From: a virus
Taxonomy: Duplodnaviria; Caudoviricetes
IMG/VR virus record: IMGVR_UViG_2687453145_000002
Span: 32,001 to 96,000 of that record
Length of the DNA stretch: 64,000 nucleotides
Reading direction: 5' to 3' (one strand)
Shown: positions 36,558 through 46,286 of the stretch, one piece after another
Layout: each line of letters begins with the position of its first letter
Position numbering within the stretch: position 1 is the stretch's first letter
Notes under the pieces: model-generated
The model's database searches: none
What the model was told of the DNA's origin: nothing
What the model saw: only the letters and a program-made list of their open reading frames with translations
Position numbers and translations under genes: made by a program

Positions 36558-36736
36558 TTGTCATACTCCGCAACGTTGTAACGAATCTGGTTATCCGGGG
36601 CTCGGCACCATACCCGCCCTTCCGGCCACTCTCCTTTTAAGCGCCGTCCCTCGGCGGCTTTTTCTGTCATGCCTGTCAGTTCGGCGAATAACTTCGGCCT
36701 CACCCACCTGGCACATGGGTAGACGAATTGCTGCAT
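36530..36736 (-). CDS. xis: Excisionase-like protein
   Basis: 68 aa, FAELTG...W.EG.VW..APD...YN pattern, immediately upstream of int. Confidence 0.75.
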   Translation of the reverse strand: MQQFVYPCARWVRPKLFAELTGMTEKAAEGRRLKGEWPEGRVWCRAPDNQIRYNVAEYDKWVESNLMI

Positions 36737-37104
36737 CTGTTGGTCCTCATTAGTCTGGTTATTTCATCCCGGCCCGCTCGGTTGTAGAGGAAGCATTCCA
36801 CCTGCTTCCTGCTGCTGACCGCCTGGTCAAGGCGGTACTCCCCGAACGCCGGGCGTTTGAGTTGGTGCTGGTTGGCCAGCCGGCCAATGGCCTGGGCGCT
36901 GACCCCCAGCTCCTTGCCCAGCTCGGTGGCGCTCCAGAGCTGGCCGGCAACCCGGGGCGCTTCGATAGGCAGGTCGAAGTGCGCCAGGATGCGGCCGATC
37001 TCGGCGAGCTTGGCCGATCGGGAAAGGGTGGGGGAGCGCACGGCGCTGACCAGCTCGTTGAGAAGCTGGCTGTCCTGGTCGATGGTCAGTTGAAGTTGTT
37101 GCAT
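36700..37104 (-). CDS. HTH DNA-binding protein
   Basis: WSATELGKELGVSAQAIGRLAN. Confidence 0.7.
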   Translation of the reverse strand: MQQLQLTIDQDSQLLNELVSAVRSPTLSRSAKLAEIGRILAHFDLPIEAPRVAGQLWSATELGKELGVSAQAIGRLANQHQLKRPAFGEYRLDQAVSSRKQVECFLYNRAGRDEITRLMRTNRCSNSSTHVPGG

Positions 37105-37163
37105 GGCTTGGCCCTCCTGTCCCAGAGGATGGGGCGCCGATTGAGTTGAAGGAAGGGCCGCTA

Positions 37164-37244
37164 TTACAGCAGGGTCAGCACCATCAGTGCGGCCAGGGTG
37201 TTGAGCGCCAGGATGGTGAGCCCGGCGGCCCGCTGTCTGGTCAT
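37164..37244 (-). CDS. Possible 26-aa hydrophobic peptide
   Basis: GAGGTG RBS, ATGA overlap; MTRQRAAGLTILALNTLAALMVLTLL. Confidence 0.35.
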   Translation of the reverse strand: MTRQRAAGLTILALNTLAALMVLTLL

Positions 37245-37552
37245 GCCGCCACCTCGTCAGCCAAGTGCGGCACGGGTAGGATGATGGTCTTGCCGATCTT
37301 GATGGCCAGGGCGTGCTCTGCTCTGGCGCCGGCGCTGCGCTCCCAGCCAGGCAGCATGACCAACTGATCGGCCATCTTGACCATTTCGATGCAGATGGCC
37401 ATGTACTCGTGTTGCTCCAGCCCATCCGGCAGGATCGCCGGGTTTAGGGCCACATGGCCCAGGCCAAGCAGGCGGTGCGCCTCGGCATTGAAGGCGTCGC
37501 GGTTGAAGTTCGGCAGGCCTGAGATAGGCCCGGCTATGTAGATTTTCGCCAT
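37241..37552 (-). CDS. DUF4406 family (deoxyribosyltransferase-like)
   Basis: IYIAGPISG...LNPA...MLPGWERSAGARAEH. Confidence 0.85.
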   Translation of the reverse strand: MAKIYIAGPISGLPNFNRDAFNAEAHRLLGLGHVALNPAILPDGLEQHEYMAICIEMVKMADQLVMLPGWERSAGARAEHALAIKIGKTIILPVPHLADEVAA

Positions 37553-37596
37553 AGTGAGTCCTTGAATTGGAAGCCCCGGACTTGCCGGGGCTATGG

Positions 37597-37845
37597 TTAT
37601 GCTCGCCAGCCCCGGTACCCGATAAAGCCGGGATCCATGACTTGCCTGAACGGCAGGACGGGGAGGTGGGCTATCAGGGTCTTGAGCTGGGGGTTATCGG
37701 GTTGGCTGTCGATGGTGACCCGGGCGCCGGGATTGATGAGTAGATATCGCTCCCTCACGTTCACCGCCTCTTCTAGGGTTAACCCTGTTTGGATAATTGG
37801 TTCTCTGAAGCGCACCCATTCATTCCTCGCCGCCCAGAGCGGCAA
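37597..37845 (-). CDS. Hypothetical protein (start uncertain)
   Basis: Fills gap in leftward operon; followed by hairpin. Confidence 0.45.
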   Translation of the reverse strand: MPLWAARNEWVRFREPIIQTGLTLEEAVNVRERYLLINPGARVTIDSQPDNPQLKTLIAHLPVLPFRQVMDPGFIGYRGWRA

Positions 37846-38722
37846 GCAGGGCCGGGATGAACTGGGAGAGCTCGCCGGTCACCAGGGCGAAGTCCGCGTC
37901 CAGGCGGGCGGCCGGATCTTCACTGGTAATGTCGTCGTTCTGCTCGCGCATGTCCTCGCTGAATTTGAGGCGCTTGATGGAGAGGTCGTCGCCCAGCACA
38001 AAGCTGAGGCGCTCACCCCAGTTCAGGGCCAACTTGGTGACCAGCTTGTCGTTGGCCAGGTGATTTTTCACCTCGTCGGTCATCAGGTCTTGCTGTTTGA
38101 AGCGGGCGATCCCGCCGTGCTCCATGGCGCTGCGTAGCTCGGATTCATCCTCCAGGGTGAAAGCTGCCGGCAGGTTTCCCTCTTGCAGCCACTCGGTCAT
38201 GGTGATCTCGGGTGGGTTCTTGAGCGCCACCGGCACCACCGGCAGGCTGCCAATGGACTTGCGAAGCAGAGCCAGCACATCGTCCGCCTTCTTGGCGGAG
38301 GAGGCATCGACCATCAGCAGGCCGTCGGCCGGGTTGAGCCAGGCAAAGGTGTTGGCGGTGCGGCTGAAGGCGCGAGGCAGCAGTGTGTGCAGCAGTTCCT
38401 CTTTCAGGGCCTCCTTCTCTTTCTTCTTGAGGGCGCGACCCTGCTCGTACTCGATGGCCTCCACCTTCTCTGCCAGCGCCTCCTTGATGACGGCGGTCGG
38501 CAGGATCTTGTCCTCCTTGCGGGCGCAGATGAGGATCTGGCCGGCGGCGGCATGGGTCAGGGTGCTGCCGAACTTGCCGAGTGGGCGGGTCCAGCCGAAG
38601 CGGGAAATATCCTGGCTGCCGCAGGGGGTGAAGGCGCACGCCTCCAGTTGGGTTTCCAGTTGTTCGGTGGTCAGCTCGAACGGGCGGGTGAAGCGGTAAA
38701 CTTGAAGGTTTTTAAACCACAT
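37820..38722 (-). CDS. rdgC: Recombination-associated protein RdgC
   Basis: MWFKNLQVYR start, LLPRAF, DADFAL end. Confidence 0.95.
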   Translation of the reverse strand: MWFKNLQVYRFTRPFELTTEQLETQLEACAFTPCGSQDISRFGWTRPLGKFGSTLTHAAAGQILICARKEDKILPTAVIKEALAEKVEAIEYEQGRALKKKEKEALKEELLHTLLPRAFSRTANTFAWLNPADGLLMVDASSAKKADDVLALLRKSIGSLPVVPVALKNPPEITMTEWLQEGNLPAAFTLEDESELRSAMEHGGIARFKQQDLMTDEVKNHLANDKLVTKLALNWGERLSFVLGDDLSIKRLKFSEDMREQNDDITSEDPAARLDADFALVTGELSQFIPALLAALGGEE

Positions 38723-38741
38723 GGTCTGGGTCCTGTGTTGG

Positions 38742-38921
38742 TTAGTTGCGGGCTTTCTTGGCCTGCAGGTCGTGGATCTTCTTGGCTGCGGCCTCGGCGG
38801 TTTGCCTGTCGCAGGTGATTCCGCCTGGCAGAACGAACTTGCCGGGCTGCTTGGGATCGGGCATGACGACACCGAGCCCAATGACTACTGCACCGCAGTA
38901 GGGGCTTTCTGTCTTTTGCAT
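38742..38921 (-). CDS. Small hypothetical protein
   Basis: AGGA RBS; FVLPGG motif; 59 aa. Confidence 0.6.
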   Translation of the reverse strand: MQKTESPYCGAVVIGLGVVMPDPKQPGKFVLPGGITCDRQTAEAAAKKIHDLQAKKARN

Positions 38922-38980
38922 GGGAGTCCTATGAGTTATCCACCGTTCCTGTATGGCTGGCGGTGGATGGATTGGGGGTA

Positions 38981-39583
38981 TCAGGCCGCGCGCTTTGAGC
39001 CAATGCCGCGCACAAAGGGGATGCGAGGGGATGCACCCACCTTCATGGTGGGGAAGGCAATCAGGGCGCAACCGAAGTTGGCACCGCTCTTTCTGGTTGC
39101 GCCATCGCGCTCGTAGAACTGATAACGGCCATCCGGCTCGTAGATGATCACGTCCTCGGCCAGCAAGCGGCGCCACCATGTTGTCAGCGGCTCGTATGGC
39201 AGCAGCATCATCCCGGGCCTGCCATTGGCTTGCTGCTGGCGGGCCTGGGTGATGAACTCAGGTTTCAGGTCGAACGGCGGGTTACACCACCAGTGCTCTG
39301 GCCAGTCAAGGTTGAGGCTGTCGATGCCGATACAGACCGTGCCAGCCTGCTCGGCCTCACGAATCTGGGCTCGTACATCTTCCCGGGTGCGGTAGTCCAG
39401 CAGCTTTTCCAGCAGCAGGTGGCTGGTGAAGTAGTGGCTGCACTTGGCAGTGAGCGGCTCGGCGGCGATATCGCACTCGAAGTTGCGTCCGTAGAGCGCC
39501 TGCGCATCGGCAAAGCACTCCCAGGTGGTGGCCCAGAAGTTCTTGTCGCTGGCCGGGGTGCCGCTATCAATCAGGATTGCCAT
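38981..39583 (-). CDS. Phage DNA N6-adenine methyltransferase (Dam-like)
   Basis: WAT..F, DIAA, WWCNPPF motifs. Confidence 0.85.
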   Translation of the reverse strand: MAILIDSGTPASDKNFWATTWECFADAQALYGRNFECDIAAEPLTAKCSHYFTSHLLLEKLLDYRTREDVRAQIREAEQAGTVCIGIDSLNLDWPEHWWCNPPFDLKPEFITQARQQQANGRPGMMLLPYEPLTTWWRRLLAEDVIIYEPDGRYQFYERDGATRKSGANFGCALIAFPTMKVGASPRIPFVRGIGSKRAA

Positions 39584-39723
39584 CAGCGCACCTCCTTGGG
39601 GTCGATGCCAAGCTGGCTGGCCAGCTGGCGGCGCTCTATCTCGTCGCGTTTTCGCTGGCGTTGTTGGAGTAGCGGTTTCGTCTTGCGGTCTTGCACCATG
39701 CCGCGGTGGCGGTAGAGGCTCAT
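39583..39723 (-). CDS. Small basic hypothetical protein (46 aa)
   Basis: GGAGG RBS, overlaps both neighbours. Confidence 0.55.
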   Translation of the reverse strand: MSLYRHRGMVQDRKTKPLLQQRQRKRDEIERRQLASQLGIDPKEVR

Positions 39724-40937
39724 GCTGCCTCCTGGTGTTGCTCTTCCTGCTTGCTGGCGGCGAACTGCTCCTCCCACAGCTTCACCTTGAGCTCGCAGGC
39801 ATAGACGATCTGGCCGACCAGCTTCTGGCCGATCCCCTTCACCTTGTCCAGCTTGTTCCCCTGGTGGCTCATCACCTTGTAGAGGGTGTCGATCCCGGCC
39901 TCTTCCAGCGGCTTGATGGTGCGCGGCGGTAGGCCGCATTCATGGATGCTGACTGTCTTGGCCCATTCGGTGCGGGGTTGCAGGTGGGGGTGGCTCTGCT
40001 CCAGCGCCTCCTGCATGAAGGCGAAGATGTCCTGCGTCATGGCATCAGGGGCCCCGGAACCATAGGGCGCCGGGTAGATGGGGTTCATCCACTGGCTCAG
40101 CATGACCGAGCAGCCGGAGCCATCGGATTTCATGGCGTGCAGCTTCCAGCTGAGGTCGTTGATGAGGTAGGGGAGGTTTGATTTCAGGCCATGATCCACC
40201 ATGTATACGTCCCAGAGCGTGCCATCCTCACCCTTGTAGGTTTTGCCGAGGTGTTTGTGCCAGATCAGCTTAGCGGCTCGGGCGCTCTCCAGCTCCATGA
40301 TGACGGTGTGACGGCGCTCCAGCTCGCGATCCTGCTCGTTGATGGCGCTCAGCAGCTCACTGATACGGCGCCCCAGCTTTAACACTTCCGCACGGTAGGA
40401 GGCTTCGTTGCTCTTGTGCTTGGCGATCGCAGTGCGCTGCTCCTCCAGCAGCTCGTTCTTCTCCTTGATGCGGCGTTTCATGCCTGCCGGATCCATGGCG
40501 TTGAGGTCGGCCAGTTGACGCTCGAGCTGGCGGGTGGCGTACTGCAGGGCGCCGTACTTGGTCTGGACATCGTTCAGGATGCGCTGGGTCTTGTAGAGCT
40601 CGTCTGCCATGGCCTCCAGCTCGGCGGCGCCTTCTTGCCGTGCTGCTGCAATGCGCTGCTCGGCTTCGGCTACCTGCTGGCGCAGCTGGCTGACCAGGGC
40701 AGCCTGGGTGAGCAGCTCGCCATCCCGGCCTTCCAGCTCGCCGATCAGGGTGTTGAACTCGTCGATGTGGGCGTTGGCCGCCTCGCTGATCATGGTCAGG
40801 TTGGCGTTGAGCAGGGTTTCGAAGCTGCCGATGGCGGCCTTGGCCGGGCCGTCCGGCATCAGCAGGATGTTGCGGATCTGGCTGGTGAGGGTGTTCAGGG
40901 CGAGACTGGTCGCCTCGCTGGGGTTCAGCGTGGTCAT
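39720..40937 (-). CDS. Coiled-coil protein with C-terminal RNAP alpha-CTD-like domain
   Basis: SIHECGLPPRTIKPLEEAGIDTL...LDKVKGIGQK. Confidence 0.7.
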   Translation of the reverse strand: MTTLNPSEATSLALNTLTSQIRNILLMPDGPAKAAIGSFETLLNANLTMISEAANAHIDEFNTLIGELEGRDGELLTQAALVSQLRQQVAEAEQRIAAARQEGAAELEAMADELYKTQRILNDVQTKYGALQYATRQLERQLADLNAMDPAGMKRRIKEKNELLEEQRTAIAKHKSNEASYRAEVLKLGRRISELLSAINEQDRELERRHTVIMELESARAAKLIWHKHLGKTYKGEDGTLWDVYMVDHGLKSNLPYLINDLSWKLHAMKSDGSGCSVMLSQWMNPIYPAPYGSGAPDAMTQDIFAFMQEALEQSHPHLQPRTEWAKTVSIHECGLPPRTIKPLEEAGIDTLYKVMSHQGNKLDKVKGIGQKLVGQIVYACELKVKLWEEQFAASKQEEQHQEAA

Positions 40938-40986
40938 GGTTGGTCCTCTGGGATTGCAAAAGCCCCGTTGGCGGCGGGGCGGGTGA

Positions 40987-42075
40987 TCAGTAGTTGATGG
41001 TCAGGTGGTCGATCTTGTTGCTGGCGATGTGCTTGATGAGGTTGATGGCTTTCCCCTCATCGATCCCCAAGCCCATCAGGTCCATCAGGATGGCGTTGTT
41101 GATGGTGCGGCGGTGCTCCATGTCGGCGGAGCGCGCAGCATCCTCTGCGGCTTTCTGGCGCTGCTCGTCGGCGATGCGCTGACGTTCCTGCTCTGCTGCC
41201 CGGGCGGCGGCCTCTTCCGCCTGGCGTGCAGCGTTTGCTTCGGCCTGCTGGCGGGCCAGCTCGGCGGCTTCGGAATCACGCAGGGCCTGCTCTGCAGCCT
41301 GCTGTGCCACCTGGGCTTGGCGTTGGGCCTCCTGCTCGCGGTGCTGGGCGGCTTCACGCTCCAGGCGCTGGCGATTTTCTTCCTCCCGGCGGGCTTGCTC
41401 CGCCGCCTGCTCGACTATCAGGCGCTCGCGGTCGATGCGATCCTGTTCGGCCTGCTTCTGGCGCAGTTGCTCCAGCTCTGCCTGCTCGGATTCGTACTTC
41501 TGGCGGGCTGCCAGGGCCTCTCCGAGGCGCTTGGTTGCGAGCTCCTTGGCAACGGTCGCCTGGGGCAGCAGCTCTTGCCAGGAGTCGTCCAGGGCGTTCT
41601 GCTCGACCTCCTGCAGCATGACCTGCAAGTCGGCGGCGGCGATCTCGATGCTGGCAGAGGATCCCAGTTCATTGAGGCGGGCCAGTCGGGATTGCAGTGC
41701 TGCCACTCGGGCTTCCTCTGCCGCTTCGTACTGGGTGAGCGGGGCGCGCACCTCGTCTTTCAGGGCGTCCAGGGTGTCGCGGATCTGCTTGCGGTTGGCG
41801 TCGATGCGCTTGGGGATCTCCTTGAACTTGTCAGTTTGCTCCTTGCCGAGCCCGTCCAGGTAGGTCTTGGTGCGGGCGACAGCATGGGCGACGCTGGCGA
41901 TCTCCTTGCGGCCCTTGGCGGTGGTGATGTCGGGTACCAGGCTGGTTGCCTTCTGGCGAATGTCGGCCAGCAGTTCAGCCACGCCCTGGCCCTCGGTGAA
42001 CAGGGCGACGGCGGTAGTGGGTTCGATGACAACCAGTTGGGCCTGGGTGTTGTCGGTCTTGGCTTGTTCGGTCAT
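40987..42075 (-). CDS. Long coiled-coil phage protein
   Basis: TAKGRKEIAS..VARTKT motif, A/E/Q/R-rich; follows bet. Confidence 0.75.
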   Translation of the reverse strand: MTEQAKTDNTQAQLVVIEPTTAVALFTEGQGVAELLADIRQKATSLVPDITTAKGRKEIASVAHAVARTKTYLDGLGKEQTDKFKEIPKRIDANRKQIRDTLDALKDEVRAPLTQYEAAEEARVAALQSRLARLNELGSSASIEIAAADLQVMLQEVEQNALDDSWQELLPQATVAKELATKRLGEALAARQKYESEQAELEQLRQKQAEQDRIDRERLIVEQAAEQARREEENRQRLEREAAQHREQEAQRQAQVAQQAAEQALRDSEAAELARQQAEANAARQAEEAAARAAEQERQRIADEQRQKAAEDAARSADMEHRRTINNAILMDLMGLGIDEGKAINLIKHIASNKIDHLTINY

Positions 42076-42123
42076 GACGGGTCCTTAGGATTGAAAAGGC
42101 CAGCAGTGAGCGGGCCTGATGAG

Positions 42124-43101
42124 TTATTGCTGGGCGCCGTTCCCGGCACTGAGTTGCTTCTTGCGCTCGCCGGCGATCTGCTTGATACCTGCGATGATGT
42201 TCTGGTCGCCGGTTTCGTTGGCCCAGGTCCAGGCGGTGGTGTAGGCCTGCTGCCATTCGGTGGTATCACATGCCCCCTCGATGGCGGCGCAGTGGTCGGC
42301 GTAGGCGTTGGCGTGGTCCGCCTGGGCGGGTTCGGCCATCTGCTCATGCTCCAGGGTGACCGATTCGATGCTCTGGCCGCGGATGGCATCCAGGGTGCGG
42401 CTCTTTGCCGGTGCGCCATGCTGCGGTTGGCTACCTGGGATCTCGTTGATGATGATCTCCTTGCCCTCCATCTCCTCGGCGGTGGGCTCGCTACCGATCT
42501 CCGGCCAGGCCTTGCGTAGCGCCTGCGCCTCGGTGCATTTGGCGAGCTGGGCATAGGGCCGCTTGCGCCACATGGCGTTGGGGCACTCGGTCTTGCCGCT
42601 CTGGGTGGCGTAGTTCTCCTTCCAGCGCTCCAGGGCGTGGAAGGCAACCCGCTGGCCGTTGACCATCTTATAGACGGTGTACTTGCACCACTGCGGGTAG
42701 GTGACCTTGATCTTGGCGCTCTGGTTGTAGGGGTCTTGGAACTCTTCGGTGACATCCGGCCCGAACACGGGTTCATCGGCCCCCGCGTAGTTGCCGGAGC
42801 GATCGGCCTGGATCCGGTACATGCCGATCCCGGGCATCGGCACATCCCGCCAGACCTTCTCTTTGCTGCGGGCATCGGTTACCTGCATGGGGACGAGGTG
42901 GACCGGCTTGAGCAGAATATCCAGGCCGCGCGCCTTACAGTAGTCGATGGCCATGACCACCGAATCGGGGTTGGCTCCCGGGTAAATGGTGTTGCACAGG
43001 GCGTTCCAGGTCGGCTCGTCGATGCCTCGCTGGACAAGAATGGGGAACTGGGCGGCGAAGTTATCGGCCGCCTGCTGTTTGAGGCTGGTGATGTTGCTCA
43101 T
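42124..43101 (-). CDS. bet: Single-strand annealing protein (Bet/RecT family)
   Basis: YCKARGLD..KPVHLVP, W.KRP..QLAKCTEAQALRKAWP. Confidence 0.9.
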   Translation of the reverse strand: MSNITSLKQQAADNFAAQFPILVQRGIDEPTWNALCNTIYPGANPDSVVMAIDYCKARGLDILLKPVHLVPMQVTDARSKEKVWRDVPMPGIGMYRIQADRSGNYAGADEPVFGPDVTEEFQDPYNQSAKIKVTYPQWCKYTVYKMVNGQRVAFHALERWKENYATQSGKTECPNAMWRKRPYAQLAKCTEAQALRKAWPEIGSEPTAEEMEGKEIIINEIPGSQPQHGAPAKSRTLDAIRGQSIESVTLEHEQMAEPAQADHANAYADHCAAIEGACDTTEWQQAYTTAWTWANETGDQNIIAGIKQIAGERKKQLSAGNGAQQ

Positions 43102-43943
43102 GCTGCTTTCCTTGTCGCCCAGGCTGGGCGCTGGAGGGGTTTGAAGTCGTGCCAGTCGTTGTTGACCCGGCAGTCGTGGAAGCGCTGGAGATCGCGGCGG
43201 AACAGGTCCTTGCCCGCATCCTTCCAGTCGTCGGGGAGGGGCCGCACCCGTACTGGGTAGCGGCCACAGTTCACGCTAGTGCTTACCGCCAGAAAGACGA
43301 ATTCCGGCTCCTCGCCCATCACCCGGTGGAAGCCTTCGGAGTACATAGCGTCCTGAACGTGGTAGCGGAACTCCTCAACATGGCGCTCGAAGCGGCCCAT
43401 GTCGTCCACCGACTTCACGTCAATGATGACGGGGGGATTGCTCAGGTGGCGGTCTGGCCGTACCCGGCACAGCTCCTGGGTCTGGGGGTCAATCCAGTAG
43501 AAGGAGGCCTCGCTGTGTCCCTCCTGCTCCAGTAGCCAGCGGGCGTCCGGGTGGGCCATCACGCTGTCGCGCATCAGGTAGAGCTTGCGGCCCTCTTCGG
43601 CATCCATCACCGTCTTGCCCAGCTCGGCGCAGCCAGCCAAAAACTCGACCTCTTCGGCTTTGCCAGCGTTGGTGCGGCGGTTGAACGGCGGGGCGATGAT
43701 GAAGCGGTCTTTGAACTCGTCGGGCTCCAGCAGCAGGCAGTGGATGGCGCTGCCCATGTCGAAGGCCTTGAGCTTTTCTTCATCTACCGGGGCGTTTTTG
43801 GCCCATATGTAGGTGGCCGGGCTTTCGGCGATCTGGTCGAGCTGGCTTTTGCTGACCCCGGGGCCAGCGTGGTACTCCTCATTGGAGAGGCCGAACACCC
43901 GACCAAGCGGGTGCGCGGCGGAGGTGTCGGCAATGGCGTTCAT
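43098..43943 (-). CDS. Exonuclease VIII (RecE-like) nuclease domain
   Basis: NEEYHAGPGVSKSQLD, CRVRPD, DVKS, YHVQDAMY. Confidence 0.9.
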   Translation of the reverse strand: MNAIADTSAAHPLGRVFGLSNEEYHAGPGVSKSQLDQIAESPATYIWAKNAPVDEEKLKAFDMGSAIHCLLLEPDEFKDRFIIAPPFNRRTNAGKAEEVEFLAGCAELGKTVMDAEEGRKLYLMRDSVMAHPDARWLLEQEGHSEASFYWIDPQTQELCRVRPDRHLSNPPVIIDVKSVDDMGRFERHVEEFRYHVQDAMYSEGFHRVMGEEPEFVFLAVSTSVNCGRYPVRVRPLPDDWKDAGKDLFRRDLQRFHDCRVNNDWHDFKPLQRPAWATRKAA

Positions 43944-44455
43944 GCTGCACCAGCCTTGAGCTTGGCGATAAGCTCCACCGCATCGGTCAGACTGAGCAGC
44001 CAAGTTTCATGCCGCCCACCCACAACAAGCTCACCCCATGGCGCCGGTTCGCCATTTTGGTGCAGGCCATAGACGCCGCCGCTTTCTTTCATCAGCGCCT
44101 CTACGTCACCGGAAAGCTTTTCCAGCGCAGCCAGCAGCTCGTCGCGCTGGGATGTCAGCTCGACCTCTCGTTTGCTTACACGGCGCTCTTGGGTGGTTAG
44201 CGCGCGGTAAACGATGAGATGTTGTGGGTATCCGTACCCACCTCGGCATAGCCTTACCTCAGTGCGACGAGTTAAAAATCCAGCAACCACAAGTCGCCTG
44301 AGTGCCTTCCCGAGAAGCTTCCGATCTTTTGACCCTCTGACCGTTCTCAAGCCGCCATCAATGGCCTCACTCAGACACATTTCCCCATTTTTTTCAAAAA
44401 ATGAGACGATCGTGGCGTCATGACCTGCAGGGCAGTCGCTATTGGTAGAATTCAT
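43940..44455 (-). CDS. Hypothetical protein
   Basis: ATGA overlaps with neighbours; possible winged-helix N-half. Confidence 0.6.
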   Translation of the reverse strand: MNSTNSDCPAGHDATIVSFFEKNGEMCLSEAIDGGLRTVRGSKDRKLLGKALRRLVVAGFLTRRTEVRLCRGGYGYPQHLIVYRALTTQERRVSKREVELTSQRDELLAALEKLSGDVEALMKESGGVYGLHQNGEPAPWGELVVGGRHETWLLSLTDAVELIAKLKAGAA

Positions 44456-44817
44456 GCTGCGCTCCTGTGTTGGTACTGCTCCCATTGCTGCTCGCTCATG
44501 GCGTCGTGCAGGGCGGCGAGGTGACTGCGCCAGGCGGCCTGTGCCAGCTCTGCCAGCCCGGCATCGACCACCTGGTCAATGAACTGCATCAGCGGCGCTT
44601 GCCGGCCTTCGTGCATCAGCAGCCAGATAGCCTGGTTGTAGTGGCTATGCTGGTCCGCATTGAGTTCGCCCAGCAGGGTGGCCGGGTCGGTTTCGAGCTG
44701 GCCGGCCAGTAGCAGGGGGCGGTTGGCCGCGGTCCACTCGGCGACCCACTCGGCCTTGGCGTTGGCCTCGGCCTCGCGGCTTTCGAGCAGGGCGAGCATT
44801 TCGTTATCTCGGGTCAT
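44452..44817 (-). CDS. Hypothetical protein
   Basis: AGGAG RBS, coding-like codons. Confidence 0.7.
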   Translation of the reverse strand: MTRDNEMLALLESREAEANAKAEWVAEWTAANRPLLLAGQLETDPATLLGELNADQHSHYNQAIWLLMHEGRQAPLMQFIDQVVDAGLAELAQAAWRSHLAALHDAMSEQQWEQYQHRSAA

Positions 44818-44819
44818 GG

Positions 44820-45011
44820 CTAGAGCTCCTGGGCAAGTCGCTGAGCACGCCGTTCGTGATACTCCTCGATGGCACGGCGGGTGGCGGCCTTGGTCTTGGC
44901 CATCCGCTTTTGCTCGGCGGATGGGGCGGCGTCTACGTGGTACTTGCGGCGGGTGGGTGGCACCATTGCGCCGCGAAAGCCCATCAGCTGGGCTTCGGTC
45001 AGTGGTTTCAT
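44820..45011 (-). CDS. Small basic hypothetical protein
   Basis: Preceded by CACAGGACCCAGACC motif. Confidence 0.65.
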   Translation of the reverse strand: MKPLTEAQLMGFRGAMVPPTRRKYHVDAAPSAEQKRMAKTKAATRRAIEEYHERRAQRLAQEL

Positions 45012-45033
45012 GGTCTGGGTCCTGTGGTTGTAA

Positions 45034-45065
45034 AAACGAAAAAGCCCAGCAGTTGCTGGGCTTGG
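45034..45065 (-). terminator. Leftward terminator after Sel1 gene
   Basis: AAGCCCAGCA/TGCTGGGCTT stem with T tract on minus strand. Confidence 0.7.
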
Positions 45066-45085
45066 TCGGATGGTCTAAGTGGTGA

Positions 45086-45973
45086 CTACTTGGGTTGGTA
45101 TTTCTCGAAGTAGCTTGCCGCCAACTCTTGGCCTTTGGCTAGTTGATCTGGGGTGAGTCGCTTCGCGGCATTATCACGTGCATCGTGGGAGCTCCGCTCG
45201 CCATTTGCTGCAGCAACAGAATACCAAGCGTATGACTTCACATAATCCTGCGGTACCCCTTCACCTCGCGCATATCCTGCACCTAAGTTGTATTGCGCAT
45301 CTGGTAAACCTTGCTCTGCGGCTTTTCGATACCAAGAGAAAGCCTTTTTGAAGTCTTGCCGCACACCTCGACCTTGGTAATGTATCACCCCGAGATTGTA
45401 CTGCGCTTCGGCAACACCTTGTTCGGCGGCCTTGCTGTACCATATCAAGGCTTTGCTAAAATCCTGTTTTACTCCTTGGCCCTGATCGTACATTACGCCA
45501 ATGTTGTATTGCGCTGAAGGAAAGCCTTGCTGGGCCGCCTTGTTATACCAGTCGAACGCCAGTTTTTTATCCTGCACCACAGTAGTGCCACTGGCATACA
45601 TCCACCCAAGCTGGTTTTGTGCGGCAATCAAACCAAGGTCGGCTGCTTTTTTGAACCAGAACACGGCGGTTTTGTTATTTTGCGGAACGCCTCGGCCATC
45701 TTCATACATACCGCCTAAAAAGAACTGTGAAGTTGCATGGTTTTGTTCGGCTGCTTTTTGGTACCAAAATACTGCTTGCTTATCATCCTGAGGTACACCG
45801 TCACCAATGTCATAGCTAAACCCAAGGCGATATTGGTCGTCCCTACTGCCAGCCTCGGCTAGCTTCATAATCTTGGCGATGTCAGTATTATCTGGCTCTG
45901 CCTGCGCTACTGGCATAACCAGCAACGTCAACCCCAGCAACACCGCTCCTATCCAACCCCCTACTCGATTCAT
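45086..45973 (-). CDS. Secreted Sel1-like repeat protein
   Basis: Signal peptide ending AQA; multiple AQYNLG..Y..G.GV.QD...A..WY.KAAEQG repeats. Confidence 0.95.
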   Translation of the reverse strand: MNRVGGWIGAVLLGLTLLVMPVAQAEPDNTDIAKIMKLAEAGSRDDQYRLGFSYDIGDGVPQDDKQAVFWYQKAAEQNHATSQFFLGGMYEDGRGVPQNNKTAVFWFKKAADLGLIAAQNQLGWMYASGTTVVQDKKLAFDWYNKAAQQGFPSAQYNIGVMYDQGQGVKQDFSKALIWYSKAAEQGVAEAQYNLGVIHYQGRGVRQDFKKAFSWYRKAAEQGLPDAQYNLGAGYARGEGVPQDYVKSYAWYSVAAANGERSSHDARDNAAKRLTPDQLAKGQELAASYFEKYQPK

Positions 45974-46175
45974 AACCCCTCCTTGTTTCGGAAGGGGGCA
46001 TTATGGATCTGTTTGGGGCGGCTGTCAGCCTGCAACCCCCTGATGCAAGGGGCTCCAGGCTGGCCACTGTTGCCAGTGGCCTGCGTTCACGTTCACGCAC
46101 CGCCTTCCGGATTGAACGGGGTATCGGCGCATCCCTACCGGCATCGGGATTCGTGGTTGTGAGCCGGTTCCAGGT

Positions 46176-46187
46176 TGTTAAAGAGCA
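46176..46187 (-). promoter_or_regulatory. boxA antitermination element
   Basis: TGCTCTTTAACA on minus strand. Confidence 0.7.
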
Positions 46188-46286
46188 GGCCCAGCCGAAT
46201 TTGGCGTGAGCGAAGCCAAAGCATCCTTGCGGTGCTTGAGAAAGAGGCTTTGGCTACGGCGCTATGAGGGAAGCGCCAGACCCGGG

